64,000 nt of DNA from Deltaproteobacteria bacterium (GCA_020346465.1 CP070783.1:682610-746609), one strand, 5' to 3'; shown: positions 1 through 10,718, counted from the stretch's first letter. Numbers and translations are program-made. Notes: a model not told the origin generated them from the letters alone.

Positions 1-1
1 G

Positions 2-484
2 GTGCACGGGATGGCCCAGCGCGGCGGGGCGGTGACGACCCACCTGCGGTACGGGCCGAAGGTCTTCTCGCCGCTCATCGAGCCGGGAACGGCCGACCTG
101 CTGATCGCCTTCGAGAAGATGGAGGCGCTGCGGTTCGCGCACTTCCTTTCGCCGGAGGGGGCGGCGGTGGTCAACGCGCAGGAGATCATGCCCCCCTCGG
201 TGGCCACCGGGAGGGAGAGGTACCCGGAACGGATCGAGGAGAGGCTTGCCGGGGTGACCCCGAACCTGTACATGGTGGACGCCCTGGCCGCCGCCCTCTC
301 CCTGCGCGAGGTGCGCGCCGTGAACATGGTGATGGTGGGAGCCGCCTCCCGCCTGCTCCCGCTTCCGGAGACGTGCTACCTGGAGGCCCTCCGGGGCCGC
401 CTCCCGGAGAGGATCGTGGGGGTGAACGAGAAGGCGTTCCGCGCCGGCCGGGCCCTCCTGGCCCCGCGCGGGGCGGGACGGTAG
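2..484 (+). CDS. iorB: Indolepyruvate:ferredoxin oxidoreductase beta subunit, C-terminal part (5' truncated by window edge)
   Basis: Translation resembles the C-terminal region of IorB-family proteins. Stop codon at 482-484. Sits directly upstream of a paaK homolog, the usual IorAB-PaaK context. Confidence 0.65.
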   Translation: MHGMAQRGGAVTTHLRYGPKVFSPLIEPGTADLLIAFEKMEALRFAHFLSPEGAAVVNAQEIMPPSVATGRERYPERIEERLAGVTPNLYMVDALAAALSLREVRAVNMVMVGAASRLLPLPETCYLEALRGRLPERIVGVNEKAFRAGRALLAPRGAGR

Positions 485-530
485 CGCCAGGGGGGACCGC
501 GCGGTCTCCCCCGGGAACGGAGGATGACGG

Positions 531-1832
531 ATGATCTGGGACGACGAGTTCGAAACGCTGCCGCGGGAGGCCCTGCGGGCCCTGCAGGCGAAGCGCCTCC
601 GGGACCTGGTTGCCAGGGTCTACGGCGCCGTCCCGTTCTACCGCCGCAAGCTCGACGAGGCGGGGTGCGGGGCGGGCGACGTGCGAAGCCTCGGGGACCT
701 GGAGAATCTTCCCTTCACGACGAAGGAGGACCTGCGGGAGACGTACCCGTTCGGCCTGTTCGCCGTCCCGATGGAGCGGGTCGTGCGCGTGCACGCCTCC
801 TCGGGGACCACGGGAAAGCCGACCGTCGTCGGCTACACGCGCCGCGATATCGACATCTGGGCGGAGCTGATGGCCCGCACGCTCGCCTGCGGCGGGACGA
901 CGAAGGGGGACGTGGTCCACAACGCCTACGGGTACGGCCTGTTCACGGGGGGGCTGGGGGCCCACTACGGGGCGGAGCGGATCGGCGCGACCGTCATCCC
1001 CATCTCCGGCGGGAACACCAAGCGGCAGATCATGCTGATGCAGGACTTCGGGTCCACCATTCTCCTGTGCACCCCGTCCTACGCGCTCAACCTCGCGGAG
1101 GTGATGGCGGAGGAGAGGGTCGACCCCGCCGGCCTGCGGCTCAAGTGCGGCCTGTTCGGGGCCGAGCCGTGGAGCGAATCGATGCGGGGGGAGATCGAGA
1201 GGAAGCTCAAGATCAGCGCGCTCGACATCTACGGCCTCTCGGAGGTCATCGGGCCGGGGGTGGCGTCCGAGTGCATCGAGGAGAAGCGCGGCCTGCACAT
1301 CTTCGAGGACCACTTCATCGCGGAGATCATCGATCCGGCGACGGGGAAGGCGCTTCCCTTCGGGGAGACGGGGGAGCTCGTCTTCACCACGATCACCAAG
1401 GAGGCGTTCCCCGTGATCCGCTACCGGACGCGCGACATCTCCCGCCTCGACGTCACCCCCTGCTCCTGCGGCCGGACGCACGTGCGGATGGACCGGATCT
1501 CCGGGCGGACCGACGACATGCTCATCATCCGGGGGGTCAACGTCTTCCCGTCCCAGATCGAGTCGGTGCTGATGGCGATCGAGGGCGTCGAGCCCCACTA
1601 CCAGCTGATCGTCTCCCGGGAGGGGTCCCTGGACCTCCTCGAGGTGCAGGTGGAGGTGGGGGAGGCGATCTTCTCGGACGAGATCAAGGGGCTCGAGACG
1701 CTGGCGCGGCGGATCGAGCACGAGATCAAGGACCTGCTCGGCGTCTCCAGCAAGGTGAAGCTGGTGGAGCCGAAGACGATCCAGCGGAGCGAGGGAAAGG
1801 CCAGGCGGGTCATCGACAACAGGAAGTTATAG
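531..1832 (+). CDS. paaK: Phenylacetate-CoA ligase (aryl-acid adenylating enzyme)
   Basis: 433 aa with PaaK hallmarks ([29 protein letters not shown]-terminal KTxRxxDNRK). GGAGGA RBS 7-12 nt upstream of the ATG. Confidence 0.85.
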   Translation: MIWDDEFETLPREALRALQAKRLRDLVARVYGAVPFYRRKLDEAGCGAGDVRSLGDLENLPFTTKEDLRETYPFGLFAVPMERVVRVHASSGTTGKPTVVGYTRRDIDIWAELMARTLACGGTTKGDVVHNAYGYGLFTGGLGAHYGAERIGATVIPISGGNTKRQIMLMQDFGSTILLCTPSYALNLAEVMAEERVDPAGLRLKCGLFGAEPWSESMRGEIERKLKISALDIYGLSEVIGPGVASECIEEKRGLHIFEDHFIAEIIDPATGKALPFGETGELVFTTITKEAFPVIRYRTRDISRLDVTPCSCGRTHVRMDRISGRTDDMLIIRGVNVFPSQIESVLMAIEGVEPHYQLIVSREGSLDLLEVQVEVGEAIFSDEIKGLETLARRIEHEIKDLLGVSSKVKLVEPKTIQRSEGKARRVIDNRKL

Positions 1833-1862
1833 GAGGCGGGGCCTGCCCGCCGGAGGGACGAC

Positions 1863-2294
1863 ATGAAGGTCGAGCAGATTTCGATATTCCTGGAGAACAA
1901 GTCCGGGCGGCTGGCCGAGGTGACCCATGTTCTTTCGGGGGCGGGCGTCAACATCCGGGCGCTCTCCCTGGCCGACACCGCCGATTTCGGGATCCTGCGC
2001 CTGATCGTCAACCAGACCGACCGGGCGAAGCAGGTCCTGAAGGAGACGGGGTTCACGGTGGGAAAGACGGAGGTGGTGGCCCTCGAGGTTCCGGACCGCC
2101 CCGGAGGGCTGGGGGGGATCCTCAAGGTCCTGCACGAGGCGGGGATCAACGTGGAGTACATGTACGCCTTCGTCCAGCGGTCGGGGGACAACGCGATCAT
2201 CATCTTCCGGTTCGACGAGACGGACAAGGCGATCTCGGTCCTAACGGGGGCCGGGGTGCGGGTGCTCAGGGGGGAGGAGGTCTACGCCCTGTGA
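1863..2294 (+). CDS. ACT-domain protein (PaaK-associated small regulatory/amino-acid-binding protein)
   Basis: 143 aa, two ACT-like halves ([26 protein letters not shown]...). GGAGGG RBS. Commonly found just downstream of paaK. Confidence 0.7.
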   Translation: MKVEQISIFLENKSGRLAEVTHVLSGAGVNIRALSLADTADFGILRLIVNQTDRAKQVLKETGFTVGKTEVVALEVPDRPGGLGGILKVLHEAGINVEYMYAFVQRSGDNAIIIFRFDETDKAISVLTGAGVRVLRGEEVYAL

Positions 2295-2430
2295 CCCCGG
2301 AGGGGAGTTGAACGAAAACCGGCCGGAAAGTGGTAAGGTAAGGCATTTACCCGCCGGGTCCCCGGGGTTCTACGGAAACCGGGACACGCAGCGCGGGGGC
2401 GGCGGACAACTCATGACAAAGGAGGGGGAA

Positions 2431-3573
2431 ATGCGGGGGAAAATCGGAGTCATCATCGGAATCGTGGCGTTTGCGCTCTTTCTGGGCGCGGGCGTCCAGG
2501 CGGCGGAGCCGATCCGCGTCGGGGCGATCCTCGCGGTGACCGGAGGGGCTTCCTTTCTCGGCGGGCCGGAGTCCAGGACGCTCGAGATGCTTGTCGAGGA
2601 AGTCAACGCCAAGGGGGGGATCAAGGGGCACAAGGTCGAGCTGTTCATCATGGATTCGGAGGGGAAGCCCGAGAAGGCGGTCTCCTTCGCCAAGCAGCTG
2701 ATCGAGGAGAAGAAGGTCCTGGCGATCCTGGGGCCCTCCACCAGCGGGGAGACGATGCAGATCAAGGGGCTGGCCGAGGAGGCTAAGACGATCCTCCTCT
2801 CCTGCGCGGCGGCCGAGGTGATCGTGAACCCGGTGGCGAAGTGGGTCTTCAAGACCCCGCAGAAGGACAGCGACGCCATCCAGGCGATCTTCAACCAGAT
2901 GAAGGAGATGAAGATCACCAAGATCGGCGTCCTGTCCGGCAATACCGGGTTCGGCAAGGCGGGCAAGGGGCAGATCGAAAAGCTGGCGCCGGAGAACGGC
3001 ATCACGATCGTGGCCAACGAGGTCTACGACAAGGCCTCCACCGACCTGACGGCCGAGGTGACGAAGGTCAAGGCGGCCGGGGCCGAGGCGATCCTGAACT
3101 GGTCGATCGTTCCGGCGCAGTCGATCGTGATCAAGAACGCCCGTCAGATCGGGTTCGTGGGCCCCATCTTCCAGAGCCACGGGTTCGGGAACATCAAGTA
3201 TGTGGCGGCCGCCGGAGCGGCCGCGGAGGGGGTCATCTTCCCCGCCGGACGGCTGCTCGTCGCCGACGTCCTTCCGGCTTCGAATCCGCAGAAAGCGGTT
3301 CTCGTGAAGTACAAGAACGACTACGAGAAGAAGTACAAGGAGGACGCGAGCACCTTCGGCGGGCACGCCTACGACGCTTTCATGATCCTCGCGAAGGCGA
3401 TCGAGAAGGCGGGCAGCACGGACAAGGAGAAGGTGCGGGACACGATCGAAACGATGCGGGGGTTCATCGGCACCGGCGGCGTCTTCGACTTCTCGGCGGA
3501 GGACCACAACGGGCTCGATATCGACGCGTTCGAACTGCTCACCGTGAAAAACGGGAAGTTTGCCATATACTGA
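2431..3573 (+). CDS. ABC transporter periplasmic substrate-binding protein, LivK/branched-chain amino-acid family (substrate unproven)
   Basis: Signal peptide (GVIIGIVAFALFLGAGVQAAEP) followed by a Leu/Ile/Val-binding-protein-like sequence. Alternative in-frame starts at 2308 and 2413; 2431 has the best RBS. Confidence 0.8.
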   Translation: MRGKIGVIIGIVAFALFLGAGVQAAEPIRVGAILAVTGGASFLGGPESRTLEMLVEEVNAKGGIKGHKVELFIMDSEGKPEKAVSFAKQLIEEKKVLAILGPSTSGETMQIKGLAEEAKTILLSCAAAEVIVNPVAKWVFKTPQKDSDAIQAIFNQMKEMKITKIGVLSGNTGFGKAGKGQIEKLAPENGITIVANEVYDKASTDLTAEVTKVKAAGAEAILNWSIVPAQSIVIKNARQIGFVGPIFQSHGFGNIKYVAAAGAAAEGVIFPAGRLLVADVLPASNPQKAVLVKYKNDYEKKYKEDASTFGGHAYDAFMILAKAIEKAGSTDKEKVRDTIETMRGFIGTGGVFDFSAEDHNGLDIDAFELLTVKNGKFAIY

Positions 3574-3607
3574 AAGCAGGAAGGACGGATCGGCAGGAAC
3601 CTTTACC

Positions 3608-3650
3608 GCGGGAGTATCCGCGCACGCCGCGGATACTCCCGCTTTGTTGA
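3608..3650 (+). terminator. Rho-independent terminator/attenuator between the binding-protein gene and the permease genes
   Basis: Perfect 15-bp inverted repeat gcgggagtatccgcg / cgcggatactcccgc with a 5-nt loop, followed by tttgttg. Confidence 0.55.
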
Positions 3651-3659
3651 CGGGGCGCG

Positions 3660-4550
3660 ATGAACCTCGACCTGTTCCTGCAATACGTGGTCGCCGGGAT
3701 CACCTACGGGACGATCTACGGGATCGTCGCCATCGGCTTCAACATCATCTACAACACGACGGGGATCATCAACTTCGCCCAGGGGGAGTTCGTCATGCTC
3801 GGCGGGATGACCGCCGTGACCCTCGCCCGGGTTCTCCCCCTTCCGGCGGCCATTCTCGTCGCCGTGCTCGTCACCACGGTGGTCGGCGCCCTCATCGAGA
3901 TCCTCTTCATCCGCTGGCTCCGCCACCCCTCGGTGCTGCGGATGATCGTCATCACGATCGGGCTCTCGATCCTGATCCGGGAAGTGGCGCTCCACATCTG
4001 GGGGGAGGGCGTCCGGGCCCTTCCCTACTTCACCGGGACCTCGGTGACCTCGATCCGGCTGGGGGGGGTCTACATCTCTCCGCAGGTGCTCTGGGTGGTC
4101 GGCATCAGCGCGGTCGTGGTGGCGATCCTGGGGGGGTTCTTCCGGTACACCCTGCTGGGGATGCAGATGCGGGCGTGCGCCGCGAACCGGGACGCCGCGC
4201 GGCTGTGCGGCATCAGCGCGAAGAACATGGTGACCCTCTCGTTCATGCTCAGCGCAGGGATCGGGGCGCTCGGAGGGTGCATCGTCTCCCCGATCACATA
4301 CGTATCGTATGACAGCGGGGTCCCCCTGGCGATCAAGGGGTTCACGGTCGCGATCCTTGGGGGGCTGGGAAACAGCGCGGCCTCCGCCGGCGCGGGGATG
4401 CTTCTCGGGATTCTCGAGTCCTTCAGCGTCTCGGTGCTCCCGGCGGCCTACAAGGACGTGATCTCGGTCGCCATCCTGCTCGTCATCCTCTTCGTGAGGC
4501 CCAGCGGGCTGTTCGGGAGCGCCGAAGTGGCGCGCCTGAAGGAATTCTGA
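3660..4550 (+). CDS. livH: Branched-chain amino-acid-type ABC transporter permease (LivH family)
   Basis: 296 aa polytopic membrane protein with LivH-like motifs. Stop overlaps the next gene's start (ATGA-type). Confidence 0.85.
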   Translation: MNLDLFLQYVVAGITYGTIYGIVAIGFNIIYNTTGIINFAQGEFVMLGGMTAVTLARVLPLPAAILVAVLVTTVVGALIEILFIRWLRHPSVLRMIVITIGLSILIREVALHIWGEGVRALPYFTGTSVTSIRLGGVYISPQVLWVVGISAVVVAILGGFFRYTLLGMQMRACAANRDAARLCGISAKNMVTLSFMLSAGIGALGGCIVSPITYVSYDSGVPLAIKGFTVAILGGLGNSAASAGAGMLLGILESFSVSVLPAAYKDVISVAILLVILFVRPSGLFGSAEVARLKEF

Positions 4551-5620
4551 TGAGGAAACAGGGGCTCCAGATCGCCGGGTTCGCCGCGGTGGTGGCGGCG
4601 ATCCAGCTGGCGACCTTCCTGACCGGGAACGTGTACCACCTGACCCAGCTGACGATGTCCGCCTACTACTCGCTGGTCGTGCTCGGTCTCTGCATCCTCA
4701 CCGGGTATGCCGGGCAGATCTCGATCGGGCACGCCGGCTTCTTCGCGATCGGGGGGTATCTCTCCGCGCTGCTGACGACCCACAACTTCTCGGCGCACGG
4801 GGGACGCGTCGTCTCGGGGCTGGCCGCGATGGGGATTCTCGCGCGCCGTCCCGACCTGTACGGGGGGGAGCTGCTCACGGTCCATCCCTGGCCCGCCTGC
4901 ATCCTGGCGGTCTTCGCCGCCGTCGCCGTCGCCTACGCCATCGGGGGGCCGGTCCTCAAGCTGAAGGGGCACTACCTCGCCATGGCCACGCTGGGGTTCG
5001 GCATCATCGTCTACCGGATCGTTCTCGGGACCGAGCTGGTCGGCGCAGCGGACGGGATCTACGACGTCCCGGCCTTTCCCCTGCTTCCGGGAATCGCGGT
5101 GTCCGGGAAATCCTCTCTCCGGGTGATGAACTACTATGTCGCCTGGGGATTCGTGATCCTGGGGATGGTCTTCCTGATGAACCTCGTCCGCTCCCGCGTG
5201 GGAAGGGCGCTCGCCTCGATCCACGGCGCGGAGGATGCCGCCGAGGCGATGGGGATCCCCACCGCCCGCTACAAGCTGAAGATCTTCGTGGTGAGCGCCG
5301 CTTTCGCGGCGGTGGCCGGGGTTCTTCTGACCCATTACAACGGGGGGATCGGTCCGTCGGAATCCTCCGTCATGAAATCGGTCCGCTACCTGGCGATCGT
5401 CGCCATCGGGGGGATGGCCAACCTCTGGGGGGCCCTCTTCATGAGTCTCATCCTGAACTACCTCTCGCTGAGGGGGTATTTCGGGTCCTTCGACGACGCG
5501 GTCTTCGGGGTCATTCTCATCCTGATCATGCTCTTTGCGCACGAGGGCCTCCTGCGGAGGCAGCTGCTCGACCAGATCCGGGGCGCCGTCATCCGCCGTG
5601 GCGGGGGAGACGACCCGTGA
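4550..5620 (+). CDS. livM: Branched-chain amino-acid-type ABC transporter permease (LivM family)
   Basis: 356 aa hydrophobic LivM-like protein. Start overlaps the livH stop; stop overlaps the GTG start of livG. Confidence 0.85.
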   Translation: MRKQGLQIAGFAAVVAAIQLATFLTGNVYHLTQLTMSAYYSLVVLGLCILTGYAGQISIGHAGFFAIGGYLSALLTTHNFSAHGGRVVSGLAAMGILARRPDLYGGELLTVHPWPACILAVFAAVAVAYAIGGPVLKLKGHYLAMATLGFGIIVYRIVLGTELVGAADGIYDVPAFPLLPGIAVSGKSSLRVMNYYVAWGFVILGMVFLMNLVRSRVGRALASIHGAEDAAEAMGIPTARYKLKIFVVSAAFAAVAGVLLTHYNGGIGPSESSVMKSVRYLAIVAIGGMANLWGALFMSLILNYLSLRGYFGSFDDAVFGVILILIMLFAHEGLLRRQLLDQIRGAVIRRGGGDDP

Positions 5621-6381
5621 CTCTCCTCTCGATTCGGGACGTCAGCAGAAGGTTCGGCGGCATCCAGGCGGTGGACAACGTATCCTTCGACGTGCCGCAC
5701 GGCGCCATCACGGCCGTCATCGGCCCGAACGGCGCGGGAAAGACGACGCTCTTCCACCTGATCTCCGGGTTCCTCCGCCCCGACCGGGGGTCGGTCGTCT
5801 TCGGCGGGGCCGAGATTCTGGGGCTGATGCCCCACCAGATTGCGGCGAAAGGGATGGCGAGGACCTTCCAGCAGACCCGTCTCTTTCCGAAGATGACCGT
5901 CCTCGAGAACATCCTGGTCGGCCGGCACCTCCATAGCCGGGGGGGGTTCGTGGCCTGCATGCTCCATCTGCCCTTCACCCGGAGGGAAGAGCGGGCGGTC
6001 CGGGAGGCGGGGCGGGAGATCCTGGAGTTTTTGGGGCTCTCCGGCCAGGCGGACGCGGAGGCTGTCCGTCTCTCCTACGGGCAGCAGCGCATGGTGGAGC
6101 TCGGGCGGGCGCTCGCCTGCGAGCCGCGGGTCCTCCTGCTCGACGAGCCCGCGGCGGGGCTGAACATGCGCGAGACGGCGGAGATGGGAAGGCTGATCAG
6201 CAGGATCCGCGAGCGGAACGTCACCATCCTGCTCGTGGAGCACGACATGTCTCTCGTCATGGACATCTCCGACGAGATCGTCGTGCTCTCCTACGGGCAG
6301 AAGATCGCCGAGGACGTCCCGTCGGCCATCCAGCGGGACCCGGAAGTGATCCGGATCTACCTCGGGGAAGGCGATGCTTAG
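5617..6381 (+). CDS. livG: ABC transporter ATP-binding protein (LivG family)
   Basis: Walker A GPNGAGKTT, ABC signature LSYGQQR, Walker B LLLDEPAAG. Confidence 0.85.
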   Translation: MTLLSIRDVSRRFGGIQAVDNVSFDVPHGAITAVIGPNGAGKTTLFHLISGFLRPDRGSVVFGGAEILGLMPHQIAAKGMARTFQQTRLFPKMTVLENILVGRHLHSRGGFVACMLHLPFTRREERAVREAGREILEFLGLSGQADAEAVRLSYGQQRMVELGRALACEPRVLLLDEPAAGLNMRETAEMGRLISRIRERNVTILLVEHDMSLVMDISDEIVVLSYGQKIAEDVPSAIQRDPEVIRIYLGEGDA

Positions 6382-7108
6382 GATCAAGAACCTCGAGGCG
6401 GGCTACGGCCCGCTGAAGGTCCTGCGGAAGGTGTCGCTTCATATCGGACCCGGCGAGATCGTCACGGTCATCGGGGCCAACGGGGCGGGCAAGTCGACCT
6501 TCCTGAAAACCATCGCGGGACTTCTGGGCGCCAGCGGGGGGGAGGTTCTGTTCGAAAAGCAGGACATCCGGAAGCTGCCGGCGGAACGGATCGTCTCCCT
6601 CGGCTGTTCGCTCGTTCCCGAAGGCCGGCAGCTGTTCGCCCCCATGACGGTCCGGGAGAACCTGGTCCTGGGGGCCTGCGTCCAGTTCCGGAGAAGAAGG
6701 GACGAGGAGGTGAAGGAGGACCTGGACCGGGTCTTCGTTCTCTTCCCCCGGCTGAAGGAACGGGAGACGCAGCTGGCCGGCACCCTCTCCGGGGGGGAGC
6801 AGCAGATGCTGGCCATCGGGAGGGCTCTCCTTTCGCGGCCCCGGATGCTTCTCCTCGACGAGCCCTCCATGGGGCTCGCTCCCCGGATGGTGCGGGAGAT
6901 CTTCGCCCACATCGCCCGCCTCCGGAGGGAGTTCGGGCTGACGATCCTGCTCGTCGAGCAGAACGCGCGGGGGGCCCTCGCGATCGCCGACCGGGGGTAT
7001 GTCCTGGAGACCGGGCGGATGATCCTCCAGGGACCGTCCGGGGACCTGCTGTTGAACAAAGACGTGCAGCGCGCCTATCTGGGGCGGAGCCCCGAAGAGG
7101 ACGCGTAA
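6374..7108 (+). CDS. livF: ABC transporter ATP-binding protein (LivF family)
   Basis: Walker [10 protein letters not shown], signature LSGGEQQM, Walker [10 protein letters not shown]. 8-nt overlap with livG. Confidence 0.85.
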   Translation: MLRIKNLEAGYGPLKVLRKVSLHIGPGEIVTVIGANGAGKSTFLKTIAGLLGASGGEVLFEKQDIRKLPAERIVSLGCSLVPEGRQLFAPMTVRENLVLGACVQFRRRRDEEVKEDLDRVFVLFPRLKERETQLAGTLSGGEQQMLAIGRALLSRPRMLLLDEPSMGLAPRMVREIFAHIARLRREFGLTILLVEQNARGALAIADRGYVLETGRMILQGPSGDLLLNKDVQRAYLGRSPEEDA

Positions 7109-7125
7109 ACCAAGGAGGTGGACCG

Positions 7126-8424
7126 ATGTACTGGGAGCCCGACAGGGAGTGCATGGGGAAGGAGGAGCTCGAACAGCTCCAGTTCGAACGGCTCCAGTCG
7201 ACGCTGAACCGAATCTACTCCCATGTCCCCGCCTACCGGAAGAAGTTCGACGCCCTGGGGATCCTGCCGGAGGACATCGGCTCCCTGGCGGACTTCTCGC
7301 GCCTTCCGTTCACCACGAAGGAGGACCTCCGGGAGAACTACCCCTATGGCCTGTTCGCGGTCCCGCTGCGCGAGGTGGTCCGGATCCACGCCTCCTCGGG
7401 GACGACCGGGGAGTCGACGGTCGTGGGGTACACCCGGAACGACGTCCGGATCTGGAGCAACCTCACGGCCCGCGTCCTCACGATGGGCGGGGTGACGAAG
7501 GACGACGTGGTCCAGATCGCATTCGGGTACGGTCTCTTCACGGGAGGATTCGGCCTGCACTACGGCGCGGAGCAAATCGGCGCCTCCGTGATTCCGGCCT
7601 CGAGCGGCAACACCCATCGCCAGATCAAGATCATGATGGACTTCAAGACGACGGCCCTGGTCTCCACTCCCTCCTACGCGCTGCTCGTCGCGGAGACGAT
7701 CCGGGAGCAGGGGATCCCCCCCGCGGCGCTCTCCCTGAAATACGGTCTGTTCGGGGCGGAGCCCTGGTCCGAACGGATGCGCCGGGAGATCGAGGAGAAG
7801 CTGGGGATCGTCGCCACGGACAACTACGGTCTGTCCGAGATCATCGGGCCCGGCGTCTCGGGGGAGTGCCGGGAGCAGAACGGCCTCCACATCAACGAGG
7901 ACCACTTCCTGGTGGAGGTGGTCGACCCGGAGACCCTGCAGCCGATGCCCGGGGGGGAGACGGGGGAGCTCGTGATCACGTCGCTCACCAAGGAGGCGTT
8001 CCCGATGATCCGGTACCGGACGCGGGACCTGACGAGCATCCTTCCCGGGGACTGCCCCTGCGGCCGCACCCTGCGCCGGATGGCCCGGGTCCGGGGACGG
8101 ACCGACGACATGCTGATCATCAAGGGGGTGAACGTCTTCCCCTCCCAGATCGAGTCCGTCCTCTTCGAATTCGAGGGGACGGAGCCGCACTACCAGATCG
8201 TGCTCGACCGGAAGGGGGGGCTCGACGAGGTGACCGTCCTCGTCGAGGTGGGCGAGTCGATCTTCTTCGATCAGATGCGGCAGCAGAGGGGTATGATGGA
8301 ACGGATCCGGAAGCGCCTGGCCCAGGAACTCGGGATCACCGTCGAGGTCAGGCTCGTCGAGAAGAAAACGATCGCCCGCTCCGAGGGGAAGACGCGGCGC
8401 GTCATCGACAACAGAACGCTGTAG
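7126..8424 (+). CDS. paaK: Phenylacetate-CoA ligase paralog
   Basis: 432 aa, same PaaK motifs as the first copy ([26 protein letters not shown]). Directly follows the ABC transporter. Confidence 0.85.
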   Translation: MYWEPDRECMGKEELEQLQFERLQSTLNRIYSHVPAYRKKFDALGILPEDIGSLADFSRLPFTTKEDLRENYPYGLFAVPLREVVRIHASSGTTGESTVVGYTRNDVRIWSNLTARVLTMGGVTKDDVVQIAFGYGLFTGGFGLHYGAEQIGASVIPASSGNTHRQIKIMMDFKTTALVSTPSYALLVAETIREQGIPPAALSLKYGLFGAEPWSERMRREIEEKLGIVATDNYGLSEIIGPGVSGECREQNGLHINEDHFLVEVVDPETLQPMPGGETGELVITSLTKEAFPMIRYRTRDLTSILPGDCPCGRTLRRMARVRGRTDDMLIIKGVNVFPSQIESVLFEFEGTEPHYQIVLDRKGGLDEVTVLVEVGESIFFDQMRQQRGMMERIRKRLAQELGITVEVRLVEKKTIARSEGKTRRVIDNRTL

Positions 8425-8434
8425 GGGGCGCCGA

Positions 8435-9265
8435 ATGGGCACGGGGACGCTGTACATCGTGGCCACCCCGCTGGGGAACCTCGAGGACATCACGCTGCGG
8501 GCGATTCGCGTCCTCCGGGAGGTGTCGGTCATCGCCTGCGAGGACACGAGGCGCACCGTCAAGATCCTCAACCGCTACGAGATCCGGACGCCCCTGTTCA
8601 TCTTCCACGAGTACAACAAGGTCCGCGCCGGGGCCAGCATCCTGCGCAGGCTGCGCGAAGGGGAAGGCGTCGCCCTCGTGTCCGACGCCGGCACGCCCGC
8701 CATCTCGGACCCCGGGTACGAGCTGGTGAGGGGGGCGATCGGCGCGGGGGTGCCGATCGAGGTCGTCCCCGGCCCCTCGGCGCTCATCGCGGCGCTGGTG
8801 GTGTCCGGACTGCCGACCGACCATTTCACGTTCGAGGGGTTCCTGCCGGCCCGAAGGGAGAAGCGCCGGAAGGCGATGCAGGCCCTCGCCACCGAGACGA
8901 GAACGATGATCTTCTACGAATCTCCGCAGCGCGTCGCGGCGTTCCTCCGGGAGGCCGCGGAGATCTTCGGCGACCGGCGGGCGTGCATCGTCCGGGAGCT
9001 GACCAAGATCCACGAGGAGATTCTGCGGGGGACGCTTCCGGAGCTGGACGCGGAGATCTCCCGGCGCGCGTCGGTCCTGGGCGAGATCACCATCGTCATC
9101 GGGGGCGGGGTGAAAACGGTCGAGCTGTCCGCGGAGGAGATCGTCGCGGCGGCTCTCGAGGACGCCTCCGGGTCGTCCCGGGATCTTGCGCGGGAGATCG
9201 CCGAGCGGACGGGGCTCTCCCGCAAGGAAGTGTATGCGGAGATCCTGAGGCAGCGGCAGAAATAG
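8435..9265 (+). CDS. rsmI: 16S rRNA (cytidine1402-2'-O)-methyltransferase
   Basis: N-terminus LYIVATPLGNLEDITLRAIRVLREVSVIACEDTRRT, characteristic of RsmI (tetrapyrrole-methylase fold). Confidence 0.85.
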   Translation: MGTGTLYIVATPLGNLEDITLRAIRVLREVSVIACEDTRRTVKILNRYEIRTPLFIFHEYNKVRAGASILRRLREGEGVALVSDAGTPAISDPGYELVRGAIGAGVPIEVVPGPSALIAALVVSGLPTDHFTFEGFLPARREKRRKAMQALATETRTMIFYESPQRVAAFLREAAEIFGDRRACIVRELTKIHEEILRGTLPELDAEISRRASVLGEITIVIGGGVKTVELSAEEIVAAALEDASGSSRDLAREIAERTGLSRKEVYAEILRQRQK

Positions 9266-9320
9266 GAACGGGCGGCCGGTGGGCCGCCCGTGCATCGGGG
9301 ATGCGACGCGCGGAAAGCGC

Positions 9321-9626
9321 CTATCTCTTCTGTTCGCTCACCAGCGTCAGCAGCGAGTCGGTAACGTTCGTCACCAGCCCGTGGAACGTCTCTTTCGCCT
9401 TCCGGAATTCCGGGCTGGCGAGGATTTTTTCCAGGGCCGCGAGGTTGTCGAGATCCACCTGGACCACGCGCTGCGGCGAGGAACCGCCCAGCATGCTCTG
9501 GTAGATCCTGACCGACCGGACGCCGGAGAACCTGAGCCAGATGTCCTTCCCGGCGCGGGCCAGGTATTTCTGGTACTCCTTCCCCTTCCCGGGGAGAATG
9601 TCGAACCGGTACTCGAACGTGATCAT
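9321..9626 (-). CDS. NIPSNAP-like / dimeric alpha+beta barrel family small protein (putative)
   Basis: About 102 aa starting MITFEYRFDILPGKGKEY; AGGAGG RBS 8 nt upstream on the minus strand. The ORF-track N-terminal extension is probably not translated. Confidence 0.5.
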   Translation of the reverse strand: MITFEYRFDILPGKGKEYQKYLARAGKDIWLRFSGVRSVRIYQSMLGGSSPQRVVQVDLDNLAALEKILASPEFRKAKETFHGLVTNVTDSLLTLVSEQKR

Positions 9627-9686
9627 CGGTGAACCTCCTGCCAGGATGTTTGCTGCGCCCCAGCCGAACAACGGTCTCCGCGGGCG

Positions 9687-10718
9687 TCAATCGGCCCGGA
9701 TGACGATCTTCCCGAACTGCTTCTTCTCCTCCATCCGGCGCAGGGCTTCCCGGGTTTCGGACAGGGGGAAGACGGAATCGACCACCGGACGGATCCGTCC
9801 TCCCTCGAGGATCCGGAGCAGATCGGAAAACTCGGCGTGCGTCCCCATCGTGGAGCCCATGACCGTCAGCTGGTTCCAGAAGATCCGGGCGAGATCCTCC
9901 TCGGGATCCGGCCCCGTCGTCGCCCCGCAGGTGAGCAGCCTGCCGCCCCGGGCGAGGGAGGCGATCGACCGCTTCCAGGTCGCCTTCCCCACGGAGTCGA
10001 GCACGATGTCGACGCCCCGCTTCCCCGTGATCTTCCGGGTCTCGCGGGAGAAGTCGGCCGCCCCGTGGTCGATGGCGAACTCCGCCCCCATCTCCTTCGC
10101 GCGAAGGAGCTTGTCGGGACTCCCCGACGTGACCCCGACGGTGAGCCCGAGCAGTTTCGCGATCTGGAGCGCCGCGAGGGATACGCCTCCCCCGATCCCG
10201 AGGATGAGAATCGACTCGCCCGGCCTGGCCTTCGCCTTGGTGACGAGCATCCGCCATGCGGTGAGGAAGGTCAGGGGAAACGCCGCGGACTCCTCCCAGG
10301 TGAGGCCCTGCGGCCTCGGGTATGCGTTGGCCTCGGGGGCAACGACGTATCCGGCGAAGGTCCCCCAGACGTGCTCGCCCAGGAGGTGGAAGGATACGCA
10401 AAGGGAGTGCTCCCCGCGGAGGCAGAACTCGCACGCCCCGCAGTTGATGCCCGGGTTCAGGACCACCTCGTCGCCCGGCGCCACCCGCGTGACCCCCGGG
10501 CCGACGAGGTCGACGACCCCCGCGCCGTCCGCCCCCATCACGTGCGGCATCGCAAGCGTGAGCCCCGGGATCCCGTTCCGGACGAAGAGGTCGAGGTGAT
10601 TGAGCGCGCCCGCGCGGATCCGGACCCGGACCTCGCCCGGCCCCGGGACGGGGTCGGGGAGGTCGCCGTGCCGGATCTTGTCGAGCCCTCCGTGCTCGCG
10701 GAAAAAGCAGGCCTTCAT
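9687..10718 (-). CDS. Zn-dependent alcohol dehydrogenase / MDR-superfamily oxidoreductase
   Basis: 343 aa with the catalytic-Zn region GHEVVG-like and structural-Zn motif GINCGACEFC. Rossmann motif GIGGGVS. Confidence 0.8.
   Translation of the reverse strand: MKACFFREHGGLDKIRHGDLPDPVPGPGEVRVRIRAGALNHLDLFVRNGIPGLTLAMPHVMGADGAGVVDLVGPGVTRVAPGDEVVLNPGINCGACEFCLRGEHSLCVSFHLLGEHVWGTFAGYVVAPEANAYPRPQGLTWEESAAFPLTFLTAWRMLVTKAKARPGESILILGIGGGVSLAALQIAKLLGLTVGVTSGSPDKLLRAKEMGAEFAIDHGAADFSRETRKITGKRGVDIVLDSVGKATWKRSIASLARGGRLLTCGATTGPDPEEDLARIFWNQLTVMGSTMGTHAEFSDLLRILEGGRIRPVVDSVFPLSETREALRRMEEKKQFGKIVIRAD

Noticed and set aside
186-1721. 511-aa minus-strand ORF antisense to paaK, and many similar long ORFs (524-2311, 2347-3507, 7149-8729, 13409-15421 N-terminal part, 16183-19914 N-terminal 850 aa, 25371-28598, 40281-43439, 43455 and others)
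   Set aside because: Products are low-complexity Arg/Pro/Gly/Asp-rich. They overlap genes with strong homology in another frame and lack RBSs, the typical shadow ORFs of ~68% GC DNA.
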